NCBI GenBank assembly: GCA_963745235.1
Contig: CAVUXE010000084.1
Span: 27,507 to 91,506, forward strand
Direction: 5' to 3'
DNA length: 64,000 nucleotides
From: an uncultured Spirochaetota bacterium
GTDB lineage: Bacteria > Spirochaetota > Spirochaetia > SZUA-6 > Fen-1364
Shown here: in pieces, positions 8,954-19,060 of the stretch
Position numbering within the stretch: the first letter of the stretch is position 1
Layout: each line of letters begins with the position of its first letter
The notes under the pieces: model-generated
Told to the model about the DNA's origin: nothing
Seen by the model: the letters and a program-made list of their open reading frames with translations, nothing else
Databases searched by the model: none
Position numbers and translations under genes: made by a program

Positions 8954-10603
8954 TCACTTCTGCGCCAGAATCGCAAGCGCATGACCGCCCGGAGGTCCGC
9001 CCGCGGCTCGAAGCTTCGCGTCCAGCGCGTCGAAAGAGTCGAGAAACGAGTGGGGATGCTCTGCGAGAAGGCGGCCCGCAAGCACCGCGGCCGCTCCTCC
9101 CTGCGCCTTCATGCGGGAAAGAGTCACGGACTGGAAGCCTTCCACGTCCTGCCGCTCCTGCTGGAAAAGGTAAGCCTGGAACTCGTTCACGACGAGGTAA
9201 TGGTCAGTCGTGTCATACGCCTTGGAGGAAAGGTAGTCTGCCCAGACGTCCTTCTCCACCGGCGAACGTGACTCCCAGACTGCCTCCACCCCCTCGCGGA
9301 ACTGCGGCAGGGAGAAGAACTCTCCATGGGCGCTTTCGTGGGACAGGAGCAGACGTCGAAGCGCCGGGGCGGAGCTGCGGGAGATGGATATCACAGCGCC
9401 TTCCACCGGGGAGAAACCCCCGGAGGTCTCTCGGATCAGGTCGTTGGCCACCAGGATCTGCCGCAGATCATTCTCCCCCGCGGTGAGCGCAATGCCTTTT
9501 CCGGACGCCTCGGTGAAGAACCTGGCAAGGTCCTCCGCCCGGTAGTCGTGCGCGTTGTATCCATGCCTGCCTGCCAGCGCGGACTGATCCTCGATGGTGC
9601 CCCGGTAGCCCGACTTCTCCACGAAGTAGGCGAGCCGTTTGAAGAGGCTGTCCTGGACGTCGTAGCTGGCCGTGTCGAAGATCAGCACGTGGGGAAACCT
9701 GTCCCACTGGAAAAGCTCGAAATCCGGGCGGCGCCAGGTTGCGCGGTCCCAATCCAGGATCATGCCCGGGTCCGCGGGAATGGGCCCGTCAGCGGGAACA
9801 AAGGAAATGTCCAGCTTTTCCACGGGAAGGCTTGCATGCACCTCCCGGGGCAGGAAGCCCATGCTGCCCCGGGCAAACAGCATGGTTGCAAGCCCGGCAG
9901 CCTGGTCCACGGAAAAAGCGGCGCTGCGGCCGTCCTCGGCAGTGAAACGGATGGAGCTTTGCCGATCCGGCTGCCCAACGGGGTCGACCGCTATCCTGAT
10001 CGCCCATATTCCCTGCGCCATTTCCTGGCGCGCAGAATCCGTGATGCGGGCGGAGAGGCCGGCTGGGCCGACCTCAGCGACCTCCACGCTGCCATCCACG
10101 GACAGGCCTTCCGGGGAAACCTCGAAGCCGTGGACGAACGGCTCGGTGCCCGCGCCCATGAGGTGGAGGGACCGGCCTGACTGCGCGGGACCTCGCGCGC
10201 TGAGCTGAAATCCCCAGATCCTGTCCCCGTCCGAAAGCGGCACCAGAAACCGGATCCGGGTCCCGCTGGAGGCGGGCAGGGCAACGCTTCGAAGGATGGT
10301 CTTTCGGTCAGAGAAAATGGAAAGCCGGCAATCCGACAGGGAGCTCGTATAGGACAGTCCGAAAGCTTCCCTGGGTGCGGCTGCCTGGACTCCACGACTC
10401 AAGCTGTACAAAGGGCTGGTCAGGCGCGCGGGGGTGGGCGCAAAGACAGCCTCCTGGTCACGGCTTCGTCCCGGTGACTGCCTGATCTGAACCCGGTCTC
10501 CCCCGGCCGTCTGGAACTCAAAGCTCTCGAACCGCGCCGTGCACCCCGCCAGAGCGAGGGCCACGACGGCGGGAAGCAGAGAGGGGCAGAACCGTCTTTT
10601 CAA
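8954..10603 (-). CDS. Hypothetical lipoprotein with C-terminal HExxH motif (possible zinc metallopeptidase)
   Basis: Lipobox LALAGC, HESAH and a downstream NEFQAY. Confidence 0.65.
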   Translation of the reverse strand: MKRRFCPSLLPAVVALALAGCTARFESFEFQTAGGDRVQIRQSPGRSRDQEAVFAPTPARLTSPLYSLSRGVQAAAPREAFGLSYTSSLSDCRLSIFSDRKTILRSVALPASSGTRIRFLVPLSDGDRIWGFQLSARGPAQSGRSLHLMGAGTEPFVHGFEVSPEGLSVDGSVEVAEVGPAGLSARITDSARQEMAQGIWAIRIAVDPVGQPDRQSSIRFTAEDGRSAAFSVDQAAGLATMLFARGSMGFLPREVHASLPVEKLDISFVPADGPIPADPGMILDWDRATWRRPDFELFQWDRFPHVLIFDTASYDVQDSLFKRLAYFVEKSGYRGTIEDQSALAGRHGYNAHDYRAEDLARFFTEASGKGIALTAGENDLRQILVANDLIRETSGGFSPVEGAVISISRSSAPALRRLLLSHESAHGEFFSLPQFREGVEAVWESRSPVEKDVWADYLSSKAYDTTDHYLVVNEFQAYLFQQERQDVEGFQSVTLSRMKAQGGAAAVLAGRLLAEHPHSFLDSFDALDAKLRAAGGPPGGHALAILAQK

Positions 10604-11385
10604 TCACTCTCCTCGACAGCGAGGGGCATGAGGCTGCGCACCATGTGCTGGCCAATCTCGCGCCGGGCCTCTTTGGAGATGGGCTGGGCCGGCCGAATGA
10701 AGTTGTCCAGCCTGCCCAGGAAACCATCGGGGAGAATGGGAAGGTTTGCCAGGCGATCGTTCAGCAGGCGGTCCGCTGGCTCGAATTGCCGATTGGCCGC
10801 AAAGAGGAAGCTGGCCACGCCGCGCATCAGCCGGGCGGCCGAAACCAGGAAGAAAAGGTCATCCGACCTGTGCGCCGCGGCCCCCAGGTCCACCAGGGCG
10901 CGCTCCGCCAGGGAGTAGGCGCGAAGGCGCGCCTGCCACCAGAACTCATCCGGCACGTGCGCCAGGGCCGCGCGGGTCTCATCCATCCAGCCGTCACGGC
11001 TGAAGAGGACCTCCCCGCGCTCGATCCGGTACAGCACGTGACTCCCCGGTTCGTGGAACACCCACGTCTTTTCCGCGATGCGCAGGAGCATGCGGTCCAC
11101 TTCCTCCGTGCGGATGTAGTGCGCCGTCACGGGGAGCTCCTCCACCAGGAACCTGTCGATGGTGGCCACGGGGGAGGTCTCGAAGGCGGTGACCTGGGCC
11201 ACAAGAGAGCTGCGCTTCTCCAGGCCGGGCAGCGCGCCGGAGATGTACACGTCCAGATCTATCGTGAAGTAGGGATCGGAGACGTCGACGTCAGCGGCCT
11301 CGCCCAGCACGACCACCTGGACGCCGCTTGTCCCGGCAAGGCTCTTGACCAGGGCATCCGTGATCCGCTGGACCTTCCGTTTCAT
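10600..11385 (-). CDS. DUF4037-like degenerate nucleotidyltransferase-fold protein
   Basis: N-terminal LG...D.YFTIDLDVY resembling Pol-beta NTases, and a helical C-terminus with FAANRQFEP. Confidence 0.55.
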   Translation of the reverse strand: MKRKVQRITDALVKSLAGTSGVQVVVLGEAADVDVSDPYFTIDLDVYISGALPGLEKRSSLVAQVTAFETSPVATIDRFLVEELPVTAHYIRTEEVDRMLLRIAEKTWVFHEPGSHVLYRIERGEVLFSRDGWMDETRAALAHVPDEFWWQARLRAYSLAERALVDLGAAAHRSDDLFFLVSAARLMRGVASFLFAANRQFEPADRLLNDRLANLPILPDGFLGRLDNFIRPAQPISKEARREIGQHMVRSLMPLAVEESD

Positions 11386-11429
11386 GAAACGAATTGTAGC
11401 AGGGCGGGGCGGGGCGAGTACAGCCGGGG

Positions 11430-11458
11430 TTGAGCCCTGGAGTGGCCCGTGCTACCAT
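11430..11458 (+). promoter_or_regulatory. Sigma70-like promoter, likely giving a leaderless transcript
   Basis: TTGAGC-N17-TACCAT, 8 nt before ATG 11467. Confidence 0.55.
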
Positions 11459-11466
11459 GCAGGATC

Positions 11467-12858
11467 ATGAAAGCGGAGTCCCCGCTCCGCGCCCATCGGC
11501 GAAGGCTCTGGATAGCGCTCATTCCCTTCACGGTCGCATTCGCCGCCGCTTCGGCGGCCGCGGCGCTGGGAGTCCGCGGGATACCTCTTGCCCCCGTCCT
11601 GATCCCATCCCTGGCCCTCGTGTTCGTCGAGGGCGTCCTTGTTGCCTATGCCCTTCCCGGCCAGAGGGCGCTGGAGACGCGCGCCATGCAGGTGGAGGCA
11701 GTCTGCAACCTCATCCGCAAGGCAGGCGCCTCCCTGGACCTCCAGGAAGTGCTCGACTCCATCACCCGTCTGACCGTCCAGGCGGCGGGGGTCCGCGGCT
11801 GCTCCATCAAGCTGCTGGATCCTTCCCGCGGCCTGATGAGCGTGCGCTCGATTGCGGGGCTGCACAGGCAGGTGGCGGAGCTGAGCGCGGAGGCCGCGCA
11901 AAGCATTTCCACGAAGAGCCTCATGGATGGACGACCCGTGCTGGTGGAAGGCGCGGCCCAGAGCGATTTTCCCGAGCTGGACGGCGAGAGCGAGTCCCTG
12001 ATCTGCGTTCCCCTCCGCCATGAAATGAAGGTCGTGGGCGCCCTGTGTGTCTACGGGGAGAAGGGCGGCAAGCTTTCACCGGAGATGCTGACTTTTCTCT
12101 CCCGCCTTGGAGACCTTGCGGTGCTGTCCATCCAGAATGCCGCCGTGTATGAGACGCTGAAGAAGGTGGACGAAGCGAAGTCCTGGTTCCTTCGAAAAGC
12201 GGCGCACGAGCTCGCCTCTCCGCTCTCGGTGATCCAGTCGGTGGCGCAGAACTTCCTTGGGGGGTACCTCGGGGAGCTGGACCCGGGGCAGCTGGCCAGC
12301 ATCGAGCGAATCAGGGCGCGCGCAGCCGGCCTGTCCGAGGTGGTTGCGGACCTTCTTGCCCTTGCCCGCGGCAAGGCGCGCACGGCCGCGGACAAGGGAG
12401 GGAAGACAGACTTGACCGCGTCTCTGAGGGAGACCATGGAGTTCTTCCAGACAGCGGCTCGCCAGAAAGGGATCGGGCTCGCTGCGGATCTGCCGTCTGA
12501 GAGCGCGGAGGTCCTGGTGTCTCCCGAAGAAGCCCATTCGGTGCTGACGAACCTGCTGTCAAACGCCATCAAGTATTCCCCCGCCGGCCGGGAGGTTCGC
12601 GTGAGCCTGATCATGCACGGCGCGGGAGTGGAGCTTTCCGTGAGGGACCAGGGTATCGGCATCCCGGCCGCTGAAAGAGAGAGGCTTTTCAGCGAGTTCT
12701 TTCGGGCATCGAACGCGCGTTCGTTCACGGAGTCTGGTACGGGGCTCGGCCTGGCCATCGTGAAGTCTGTCATCGAGAGCGCCGCCGGCTCACTGGAGGT
12801 GGACAGCGTCGAAGGCCAGGGCACCACCGTCAGGGTCCATCTCCCGCGAGCGCAATGA
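11467..12858 (+). CDS. Membrane GAF-domain sensor histidine kinase
   Basis: Two TM helices, GAF, H-box AHELASPL, N-box NLLSNAIKY and G boxes DQGIGI / GTGLGL. Confidence 0.9.
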   Translation: MKAESPLRAHRRRLWIALIPFTVAFAAASAAAALGVRGIPLAPVLIPSLALVFVEGVLVAYALPGQRALETRAMQVEAVCNLIRKAGASLDLQEVLDSITRLTVQAAGVRGCSIKLLDPSRGLMSVRSIAGLHRQVAELSAEAAQSISTKSLMDGRPVLVEGAAQSDFPELDGESESLICVPLRHEMKVVGALCVYGEKGGKLSPEMLTFLSRLGDLAVLSIQNAAVYETLKKVDEAKSWFLRKAAHELASPLSVIQSVAQNFLGGYLGELDPGQLASIERIRARAAGLSEVVADLLALARGKARTAADKGGKTDLTASLRETMEFFQTAARQKGIGLAADLPSESAEVLVSPEEAHSVLTNLLSNAIKYSPAGREVRVSLIMHGAGVELSVRDQGIGIPAAERERLFSEFFRASNARSFTESGTGLGLAIVKSVIESAAGSLEVDSVEGQGTTVRVHLPRAQ

Positions 12859-13382
12859 CGCAGACCCTGCTCGTTCTGCTCGCGCCCGGCTCTGTTGAAG
12901 CAGACGTCGGCAGGGTCCAGCAGCGCATCTTCGCGGACCACGGGCTTGTCTCCGCGGTTGCGCTTCCTCCCCTGGTGCCGGTGGCGTTTCTCCCGGCGGA
13001 GGAGCGGATGCGCGGGCTGCTTGCGAAGCTGAACGCCTCGGTGGCCGCTCCCTATCGCATCACGCTCGCCGGGCTTGCATGGCGGGACGGATTTCTGTAT
13101 CTCGGCGTAGACTCGGGGGGGGTATGGGGCTCTCTGCGGGCGGAGGCCTCCGATGAAGCCTCCGGCCTTTTTCCTCCATTCGAGGGCTTCTTCCTGGGGT
13201 GCGCGGAAGCCGGCGTGGCGCAGCGTGAGAGCATCCTGCCTCCCCTGCCCGCGCTCGGGTTCACCTCATCCACTCTTGCGGTGATGCGCATATGTGCGCC
13301 GGGAGAGGGCGCGGCGTGGTGGAGTGACGTGTCCACCGAGATTCTGGAGGAGATTCCACTTCGAGGGAGGCGCAGGCAATGA
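12855..13382 (+). CDS. Hypothetical protein (possibly degenerate 2H-phosphoesterase fold)
   Basis: ATGA overlaps with both neighbours. The fold guess is weak. Confidence 0.55.
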   Translation: MTQTLLVLLAPGSVEADVGRVQQRIFADHGLVSAVALPPLVPVAFLPAEERMRGLLAKLNASVAAPYRITLAGLAWRDGFLYLGVDSGGVWGSLRAEASDEASGLFPPFEGFFLGCAEAGVAQRESILPPLPALGFTSSTLAVMRICAPGEGAAWWSDVSTEILEEIPLRGRRRQ

Positions 13383-14188
13383 AATCCTTTCCCGCGTTCG
13401 GGATACTGCTGAGGTCGCGTTCCGAGCGCCCGGCCCTCATTTCGCTGCTGGAAAAGAACTCAGGCCTTCCGGGGCCGCGGGCCAACCTCGAGCTGGGGTA
13501 TTCATTCGCAAAGGCGGTCGCTTCTTTGAATCTCCAGGAATGGCAGTGGGACATGGTACTTGGAATGGCGTCGACCTCTCCGAACAAGGCGCCGGCCAAC
13601 ACGCCGAAAGAATACATTCCTTTCTGCGGCCTGGTGGCACTGGGCGCGTTGTGCGCGGCCGGTCTCCCCCGGCCCAGGAAACGCGCGGCCCTTGCCGCCA
13701 TCCGCAAGGCCGCCTCTGACCCGCGGTGGAGAACACGGGAGGCGGCCGCCATGGCTCTGCAGCTCATTGGGGAAAAGGAGGCGGCCGCTCTTCGAGAGAT
13801 CGTCGATACGTGGCTTCCCGGCGCCTCCCTGCTCGAGAAGCGCGCCATCGTCGCGGGGCTTGCGCATCCGCCCATCCTTGGCGCCGCTGCATTTGCGCAG
13901 TACTGCGTTGAGGTCTCGCGCTCGATCATGAGGGCGCTTCCCGGCGTGAGCGGCGAGGTCAGGGGCAGCGAGGAGTTCCGCGTCCTGCGCCAGGGCCTCG
14001 GCTACGCTCTCAGCGTGTTTGTCGCGAGCGCGCCGGAGGCGGGCTTTGCCCTGCTGCGGGAGGCTGCCTCCACGGAAGATCGCGATGTGCGCTGGATTGT
14101 CAGCGAAAACCTGAAAAAGAAAAGGATCTCCGACAGGTACCCGGCCGAAGTGAAGAAGGTGGCCGACCTCATGCGCGGACAGGGCTAG
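13379..14188 (+). CDS. HEAT-repeat protein
   Basis: SGLPGPRANLEL, ASDPRWRTREAAAMALQ and WIVSENLKKKR. All-helical. Confidence 0.7.
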   Translation: MKSFPAFGILLRSRSERPALISLLEKNSGLPGPRANLELGYSFAKAVASLNLQEWQWDMVLGMASTSPNKAPANTPKEYIPFCGLVALGALCAAGLPRPRKRAALAAIRKAASDPRWRTREAAAMALQLIGEKEAAALREIVDTWLPGASLLEKRAIVAGLAHPPILGAAAFAQYCVEVSRSIMRALPGVSGEVRGSEEFRVLRQGLGYALSVFVASAPEAGFALLREAASTEDRDVRWIVSENLKKKRISDRYPAEVKKVADLMRGQG

Positions 14189-14649
14189 ACCGTGGTCGGT
14201 CCCGTGGAACGTCTGACATCCGCGCGATAATCAACCAGGACTGCTCGATCCCCCTCTATTCGCCATACGAAGCGCTCTTCCGCCATGCCCCGCTCGAACT
14301 CGGTCTCCATTGCGAGCGCCACCTCGACGCCCTGGCCAGCGATTGCATTCACCTGGAACCCGCGAGCGCTGACCTTCCCTGATTTGCCCAGGCGGGAGTG
14401 AATGTCACTGAGGTAGGCAATGAAGTCGGTCCGCGTCCATGACTTTTTCAGCGAATCATCGCTCCTGTCGTAGATCAGGTCGTACCGCGCGTTGTCCAGG
14501 AGGGCGTGGAACTCTTTCACCGCCTTCTCCGCGCGGCTCCGGGATGCCCGAAATCCGCACGATGCAAGCAGGAGGCAGCACAGCAGCGCCGCCGCGACAC
14601 GAGTCGCGGCCGGCAGCAGGTTGTCAGCGAAGGGCCGGCAGCCGGACAT
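14185..14649 (-). CDS. Small lipoprotein, NTF2-like (DUF4019/DUF3887 type)
   Basis: SD AAGGAGGT before ATG 14649, lipobox LLASC, and T.FERG.A.E.F.W pattern. Confidence 0.65.
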   Translation of the reverse strand: MSGCRPFADNLLPAATRVAAALLCCLLLASCGFRASRSRAEKAVKEFHALLDNARYDLIYDRSDDSLKKSWTRTDFIAYLSDIHSRLGKSGKVSARGFQVNAIAGQGVEVALAMETEFERGMAEERFVWRIEGDRAVLVDYRADVRRSTGPTTV

Positions 14650-15256
14650 CCACCACCTCCTTGAGCGCTTCCATGACGCGGGAAACAGACAGGGAATATC
14701 CTTCTCTTGCCAGGGTGGTGCAGAAATCCTCGTGCGTTCGGCCGGCGCGGTACTCGGGGACCCTGGCGGGCATGGCCAGGTAGCGGGTGAAAAGGGAGAT
14801 GTCATTGCTCACCAGGAGACTCGCCTGGTAGAAAAGAACCAGGCGCGTGCGGTAGATGGACGTGCCCAGGACCTTCTTCTCCCTGATGGCGAGGTCCGAA
14901 ATGCCGCGCGGCTCCACGCCGCTCACCCCCAGGGCGCCCAGTGCCTCGATGAACCAGGAGTTGATCTGGGATGCGTATTCCTTGTTCCTGAAGGGGGAAT
15001 CAACCGTCGTGACGCACGCAAGCACCGCCTGCCCCGGGGTCAGGACAACCGTGCCGCCTCCCCCTCTTCTCCAGCGAACCGGAACGCCGTCCGCCTCCAG
15101 ACGGTCCAGGTACAGGTCCGTCCGGGGGTTGCCCCCCGCGCCAAGGACCGCGCAGGTTTCCTTTGGCTCATAGATGCGCGAGACGGCGCGTCCCGACTCG
15201 TGGAACCTTTCCAGGAGATCGCTGTTCACGGTAGGCTGCTGCGCAATGTCGGGCAT
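14624..15256 (-). CDS. Lipoate-protein ligase A family, catalytic domain only
   Basis: RRGGGGTVV and KKVLGTS motifs. Confidence 0.8.
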   Translation of the reverse strand: MPDIAQQPTVNSDLLERFHESGRAVSRIYEPKETCAVLGAGGNPRTDLYLDRLEADGVPVRWRRGGGGTVVLTPGQAVLACVTTVDSPFRNKEYASQINSWFIEALGALGVSGVEPRGISDLAIREKKVLGTSIYRTRLVLFYQASLLVSNDISLFTRYLAMPARVPEYRAGRTHEDFCTTLAREGYSLSVSRVMEALKEVVDVRLPALR

Positions 15257-15263
15257 GAGCTGC

Positions 15264-15701
15264 TTATTGTCCCATCTTTTTTTTCAAATCGTCGAGGGCT
15301 GCCTTGCTCTCTTCCTCTTTCATGGCGGCGGAAAGCTCGTCTTTCTTCCCTGCGGCCATTTCCAGCTGGGCAAGAAGCAGGTCAGTGTCTACGAGCCGGC
15401 CTCCCGTCATGCGAAGCCGCGCGAGCTTCTCCTTCAGCACGGACACCTTGGCCTTCAGGTCGGCAAGCTCCGCGTCCAGGGTTGCCTTTTTCCCTGTTGC
15501 CTCCGCGAGCCGGGCTTGCCCCTGCGCCGCAAGGCCCTCCTCCCCCCGGGCGCGGGCGAGCGCCACGCGTCGGGTCCAGACGGAGACTTCTTCTTCCGCC
15601 GCGCCGACAGCCTTCTCCGTCTGCTTCAGGGTGGTGATGAAAGCCAGCACGTAGTCCGCGGCTTCCTGTGGTCCAAGACCTTCAATATCAGTGTCGATCA
15701 T
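15264..15701 (-). CDS. Coiled-coil PspA/IM30-like protein
   Basis: WTRRVALARARGEEGLA and C-terminal ALDDLKKKMG pattern. Confidence 0.6.
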   Translation of the reverse strand: MIDTDIEGLGPQEAADYVLAFITTLKQTEKAVGAAEEEVSVWTRRVALARARGEEGLAAQGQARLAEATGKKATLDAELADLKAKVSVLKEKLARLRMTGGRLVDTDLLLAQLEMAAGKKDELSAAMKEEESKAALDDLKKKMGQ

Positions 15702-15828
15702 GGCGCACTCCGGTAAAAGAGTAGCACGCGGCGGCCTCGGGAGGCTATCCGCTGCGCTTTTTCTCCACCTGTCGCGCGAAGCTATCCCTTCGCACAAAAT
15801 TCCCATAAAATCTCCGTGCAGGGTCAGG

Positions 15829-17175
15829 ATGATTCACTCCCCCGATGATCCAATAGCAGCTCTCGCCACCCCGCTTGTATCAAGCGCCCTCGCGGTCATC
15901 CGCGTCTCGGGAGAGGGGTCACTCCAACTGCTCGCGCCTCTTGTGAAAGGCGGAGCGCCGGCCGCCGGGCGGCGGGGGAACACGATCAACCGCTGCATCA
16001 TCCGGGATGGCGATGACGACGTCGATGAAGTCATGCTCGCTGTCTACCGCGCTCCGCGAAGCTACACAGGTGAGGACAGCGCGGAGATAATCTCCCACGG
16101 GAGCATCCCGGTCATCCAGCGCCTTCTCTCGCTCCTGACCCGAAGCGGGTTTCGTCCCGCCGGTCCGGGCGAGTTCACGCAGCGCGCGTTCCTGAACGGA
16201 CGCATGGACCTCACGCGGGCAGAGGCCGTGAACGAGATCGTTCGCGCCAGGACAGACCGCGCTCGGGCGCTCGCCCTGCAGCGCCTGAGCGGCGCAATCG
16301 AGTCCCGCATCAAAGCGGCAAGAGAAAGCCTGGTGGAGCTTCGCGCCGGACTCGAAGTTTCAATCGATTATCCGGATGACGAGCGCGACGGGGAGGTCCT
16401 TGATGACGGCGCGCTGGATCGGACCATTTCCCTCCTCCAGGGACTCACGCGCACGTACAGGCAGGGAAGGATCTACCAGGAAGGAGTGACCGCCGCCATA
16501 GCGGGCGCCACGAACTCCGGAAAATCCAGCCTCTTCAACGCCATGCTTCGCCAGGAGCGCGCCATCGTCTCGGAGGTGCACGGCACCACGCGCGACTGGC
16601 TGGAAGGCTCCGTCAGCCTGGAAGGCATCCCTGTCCGTCTCTTCGACACCGCCGGCCTGCGGGACACGAGGGACCCCCTGGAGGTGGAGGGCATCCGAAG
16701 AACGGAGCAGGTCCTGGCGGGGGCGGACCTCGTCATCTACCTGGTGGATTCCACGGCGGGGATACGTGCGGCGGACGTCTCGTTCATGGCTCGCTGGGCC
16801 GGCGTTCCCATGATCCGGGTGTGGAACAAGGTCGATCTTCCCGGCCTGCCCGTGCCTGAAGGCTTCGTTCCGCTGAGCGCGACCACCGGCGAAGGCCTGG
16901 GGCCTCTGGAAGAAGCCGCCGCGGGGCTGGCGCTCGGCGGCTCGCCCGCGGATACGGGGGAGCCCCTTATCGATTCGGTGAGGCAGAGGGACCTCATTTC
17001 CCGCGCCCTTGCGGCGCTGGGTCGTCTGCGCGTCGCGCGCGCGGGGGGCGTGACCGCTGACCTGCTTGCGGTGGACCTGGCCGACGCCTTGGATGCGCTG
17101 GGCGAAATCACCGGGGAGGTCACGACCGCGGAGATCCTGGAACGAATGTTTGCAAGCTTCTGCGTGGGGAAATAG
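15829..17175 (+). CDS. mnmE: tRNA modification GTPase MnmE
   Basis: GEFTQRAFLNGRMDL, P-loop GATNSGKS, GTTRD, DTAG, NKVD and C-terminal FCVGK. Confidence 0.97.
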   Translation: MIHSPDDPIAALATPLVSSALAVIRVSGEGSLQLLAPLVKGGAPAAGRRGNTINRCIIRDGDDDVDEVMLAVYRAPRSYTGEDSAEIISHGSIPVIQRLLSLLTRSGFRPAGPGEFTQRAFLNGRMDLTRAEAVNEIVRARTDRARALALQRLSGAIESRIKAARESLVELRAGLEVSIDYPDDERDGEVLDDGALDRTISLLQGLTRTYRQGRIYQEGVTAAIAGATNSGKSSLFNAMLRQERAIVSEVHGTTRDWLEGSVSLEGIPVRLFDTAGLRDTRDPLEVEGIRRTEQVLAGADLVIYLVDSTAGIRAADVSFMARWAGVPMIRVWNKVDLPGLPVPEGFVPLSATTGEGLGPLEEAAAGLALGGSPADTGEPLIDSVRQRDLISRALAALGRLRVARAGGVTADLLAVDLADALDALGEITGEVTTAEILERMFASFCVGK

Positions 17176-17176
17176 C

Positions 17177-19060
17177 ATGGGAAATCGCGCGCGTGCTGAT
17201 GCGGACTTCGACGCCATCGTCATTGGCGGCGGGCACGCAGGGATCGAAGCGTCACTCGCCATCGCCCGGCTTGGTTTCTCCACGATCCTCGTCACGCAGA
17301 ACCTCGATGTCATCGGGAGGATGTCCTGCAATCCCGCAATCGGCGGGATTGCCAAGGGGAACCTGGTCCGCGAAGTGGACGCCCTGGGCGGCCAGATGGC
17401 GAAGCTCATTGATGCGACCATGATCCAGTTCAGGATGCTCAACGAAAGCCACGGTCCGGCTGTCCAGGCCCCGCGCGCCCAGGCCGACAAGCACGCGTAT
17501 GCCGCCCTGGCAAAGCTCACCCTGGAGCAGGAGAAGAACCTCACCCTTTTCCAGGACACCGTCGTCGACTTCGTGCTGGACTCAAGCGGCACGACAGTTC
17601 GGGGCGTGGTAACTGAGCGGGGGAGGAAAATTACGGCTCCCGTGGTCGTGCTCACCACGGGGACGTTCATGGAGGGGCGGCTTTTCATCGGGGAGTGGAG
17701 CGCCCCCGGGGGACGCCTTGGAGAGCCGGCCGCCATCGGGCTCGGCACAAGCCTGCGTCGACTGGGCTTCAGCGTGGGCAGGCTGAAGACGGGGACCCCG
17801 GCGCGGGGGCTGCGCGGCTCGCTCATTCCTGAGAGGATGGAGGTGCAGCAGCCTGATCCGGAAGCTCGAGCTTTCAGCTTCGAAACGCATCGGGTGGAGA
17901 GGCCGTCAGTGCCGTGCTTTGTCACGTACACAACGGGGGAGACTCATCGCATCATCCGGGAGAACATCCATCGCTCGCCGCTGTATGGCGGGAAGATCGT
18001 GGGCCGGGGTCCGCGGTATTGTCCGTCCATAGAGGACAAGGTCATGCGGTTCCCCACGCGTGAAAGACACCAGGTCTTCGTGGAGCCGGAGGGGCTCGCC
18101 ACGGAGGAGGTGTACCTCAACGGGGTCTCTTCGTCGCTCCCCGAAGACGTGCAGGAGCAGTTCCTGCACAGCGTGCCCGGCCTGGAGAAGCTGGTGATCA
18201 CGCGGCCCGGCTACGCCGTGGAGTATGACTTTCTCTTCCCCACGCAGCTCTTCCCCAGCCTGATGACAAAACGGATCCAGGGCCTCTTTGTCGCCGGACA
18301 GACAAATGGAACGTCCGGCTACGAAGAAGCCGCAGCGCAGGGCCTCGTTGCCGGTATCAACGCCGCGCTCCATCTCCAGGGCAGGGAGCCTCTTGTTCTC
18401 TCTCGCGCAGACGCTTACATCGGCGTGCTCGTGGATGACCTAGTGACGCTGGGCACGGAGGAGCCCTACCGGCTTTTTACATCGCGGGCAGAGCATCGGC
18501 TGTCCCTGATGCATGACACGGCGGATATCCGCCTCCTGCCGAAGGGGCACGCCCTCGGGCTGCAGGGGGACGCCGCGCTGGATCGCGTTGCCAGAAAGGT
18601 GCGCGGGATCGAGGAGACTCGCGAGCTCCTGCGCCGTCGCAGGGTGACCGCTTTTGATGTGGCGCGGATATCAATCCTGGAGAGCCACAGGGGAAGGAGC
18701 TTCGAACAGGCCCTGAGGGATCCCCTCGTGTCGATTTCCCGCCTGGCCTCCCTGGATTCTCTGCTTGCCTCCGCGGACGGCTCGTGGCTTGCCCTGGCGG
18801 AAGCAGGGGTCAAGTACGAGGGGTACATCGCCCGCCAGGAAGAGCAGGTCGGGCGCTTCCGGCGCATGGAGGAGAAACGGATTCCCGGGGACTTCGACTG
18901 GGACGGCCTTACCGGCGTCTCCGCGGAGGCAAAGGAAAAGCTCAAGATGATCCGGCCCATCTCGGTGGGGCAGGCGTCACGGATCTCGGGCGTGCGGCCC
19001 CCGGACATCGCCGTCCTCTTGGTGTCCCTGACGCGTGACGGCGGACAGGCGCGTCGGTGA
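17177..19060 (+). CDS. mnmG: tRNA uridine-5-carboxymethylaminomethyl modification enzyme MnmG
   Basis: GGGHAG, MSCNPAIGG, GPRYCPSIEDK and GYEEAAAQG. Confidence 0.97.
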   Translation: MGNRARADADFDAIVIGGGHAGIEASLAIARLGFSTILVTQNLDVIGRMSCNPAIGGIAKGNLVREVDALGGQMAKLIDATMIQFRMLNESHGPAVQAPRAQADKHAYAALAKLTLEQEKNLTLFQDTVVDFVLDSSGTTVRGVVTERGRKITAPVVVLTTGTFMEGRLFIGEWSAPGGRLGEPAAIGLGTSLRRLGFSVGRLKTGTPARGLRGSLIPERMEVQQPDPEARAFSFETHRVERPSVPCFVTYTTGETHRIIRENIHRSPLYGGKIVGRGPRYCPSIEDKVMRFPTRERHQVFVEPEGLATEEVYLNGVSSSLPEDVQEQFLHSVPGLEKLVITRPGYAVEYDFLFPTQLFPSLMTKRIQGLFVAGQTNGTSGYEEAAAQGLVAGINAALHLQGREPLVLSRADAYIGVLVDDLVTLGTEEPYRLFTSRAEHRLSLMHDTADIRLLPKGHALGLQGDAALDRVARKVRGIEETRELLRRRRVTAFDVARISILESHRGRSFEQALRDPLVSISRLASLDSLLASADGSWLALAEAGVKYEGYIARQEEQVGRFRRMEEKRIPGDFDWDGLTGVSAEAKEKLKMIRPISVGQASRISGVRPPDIAVLLVSLTRDGGQARR

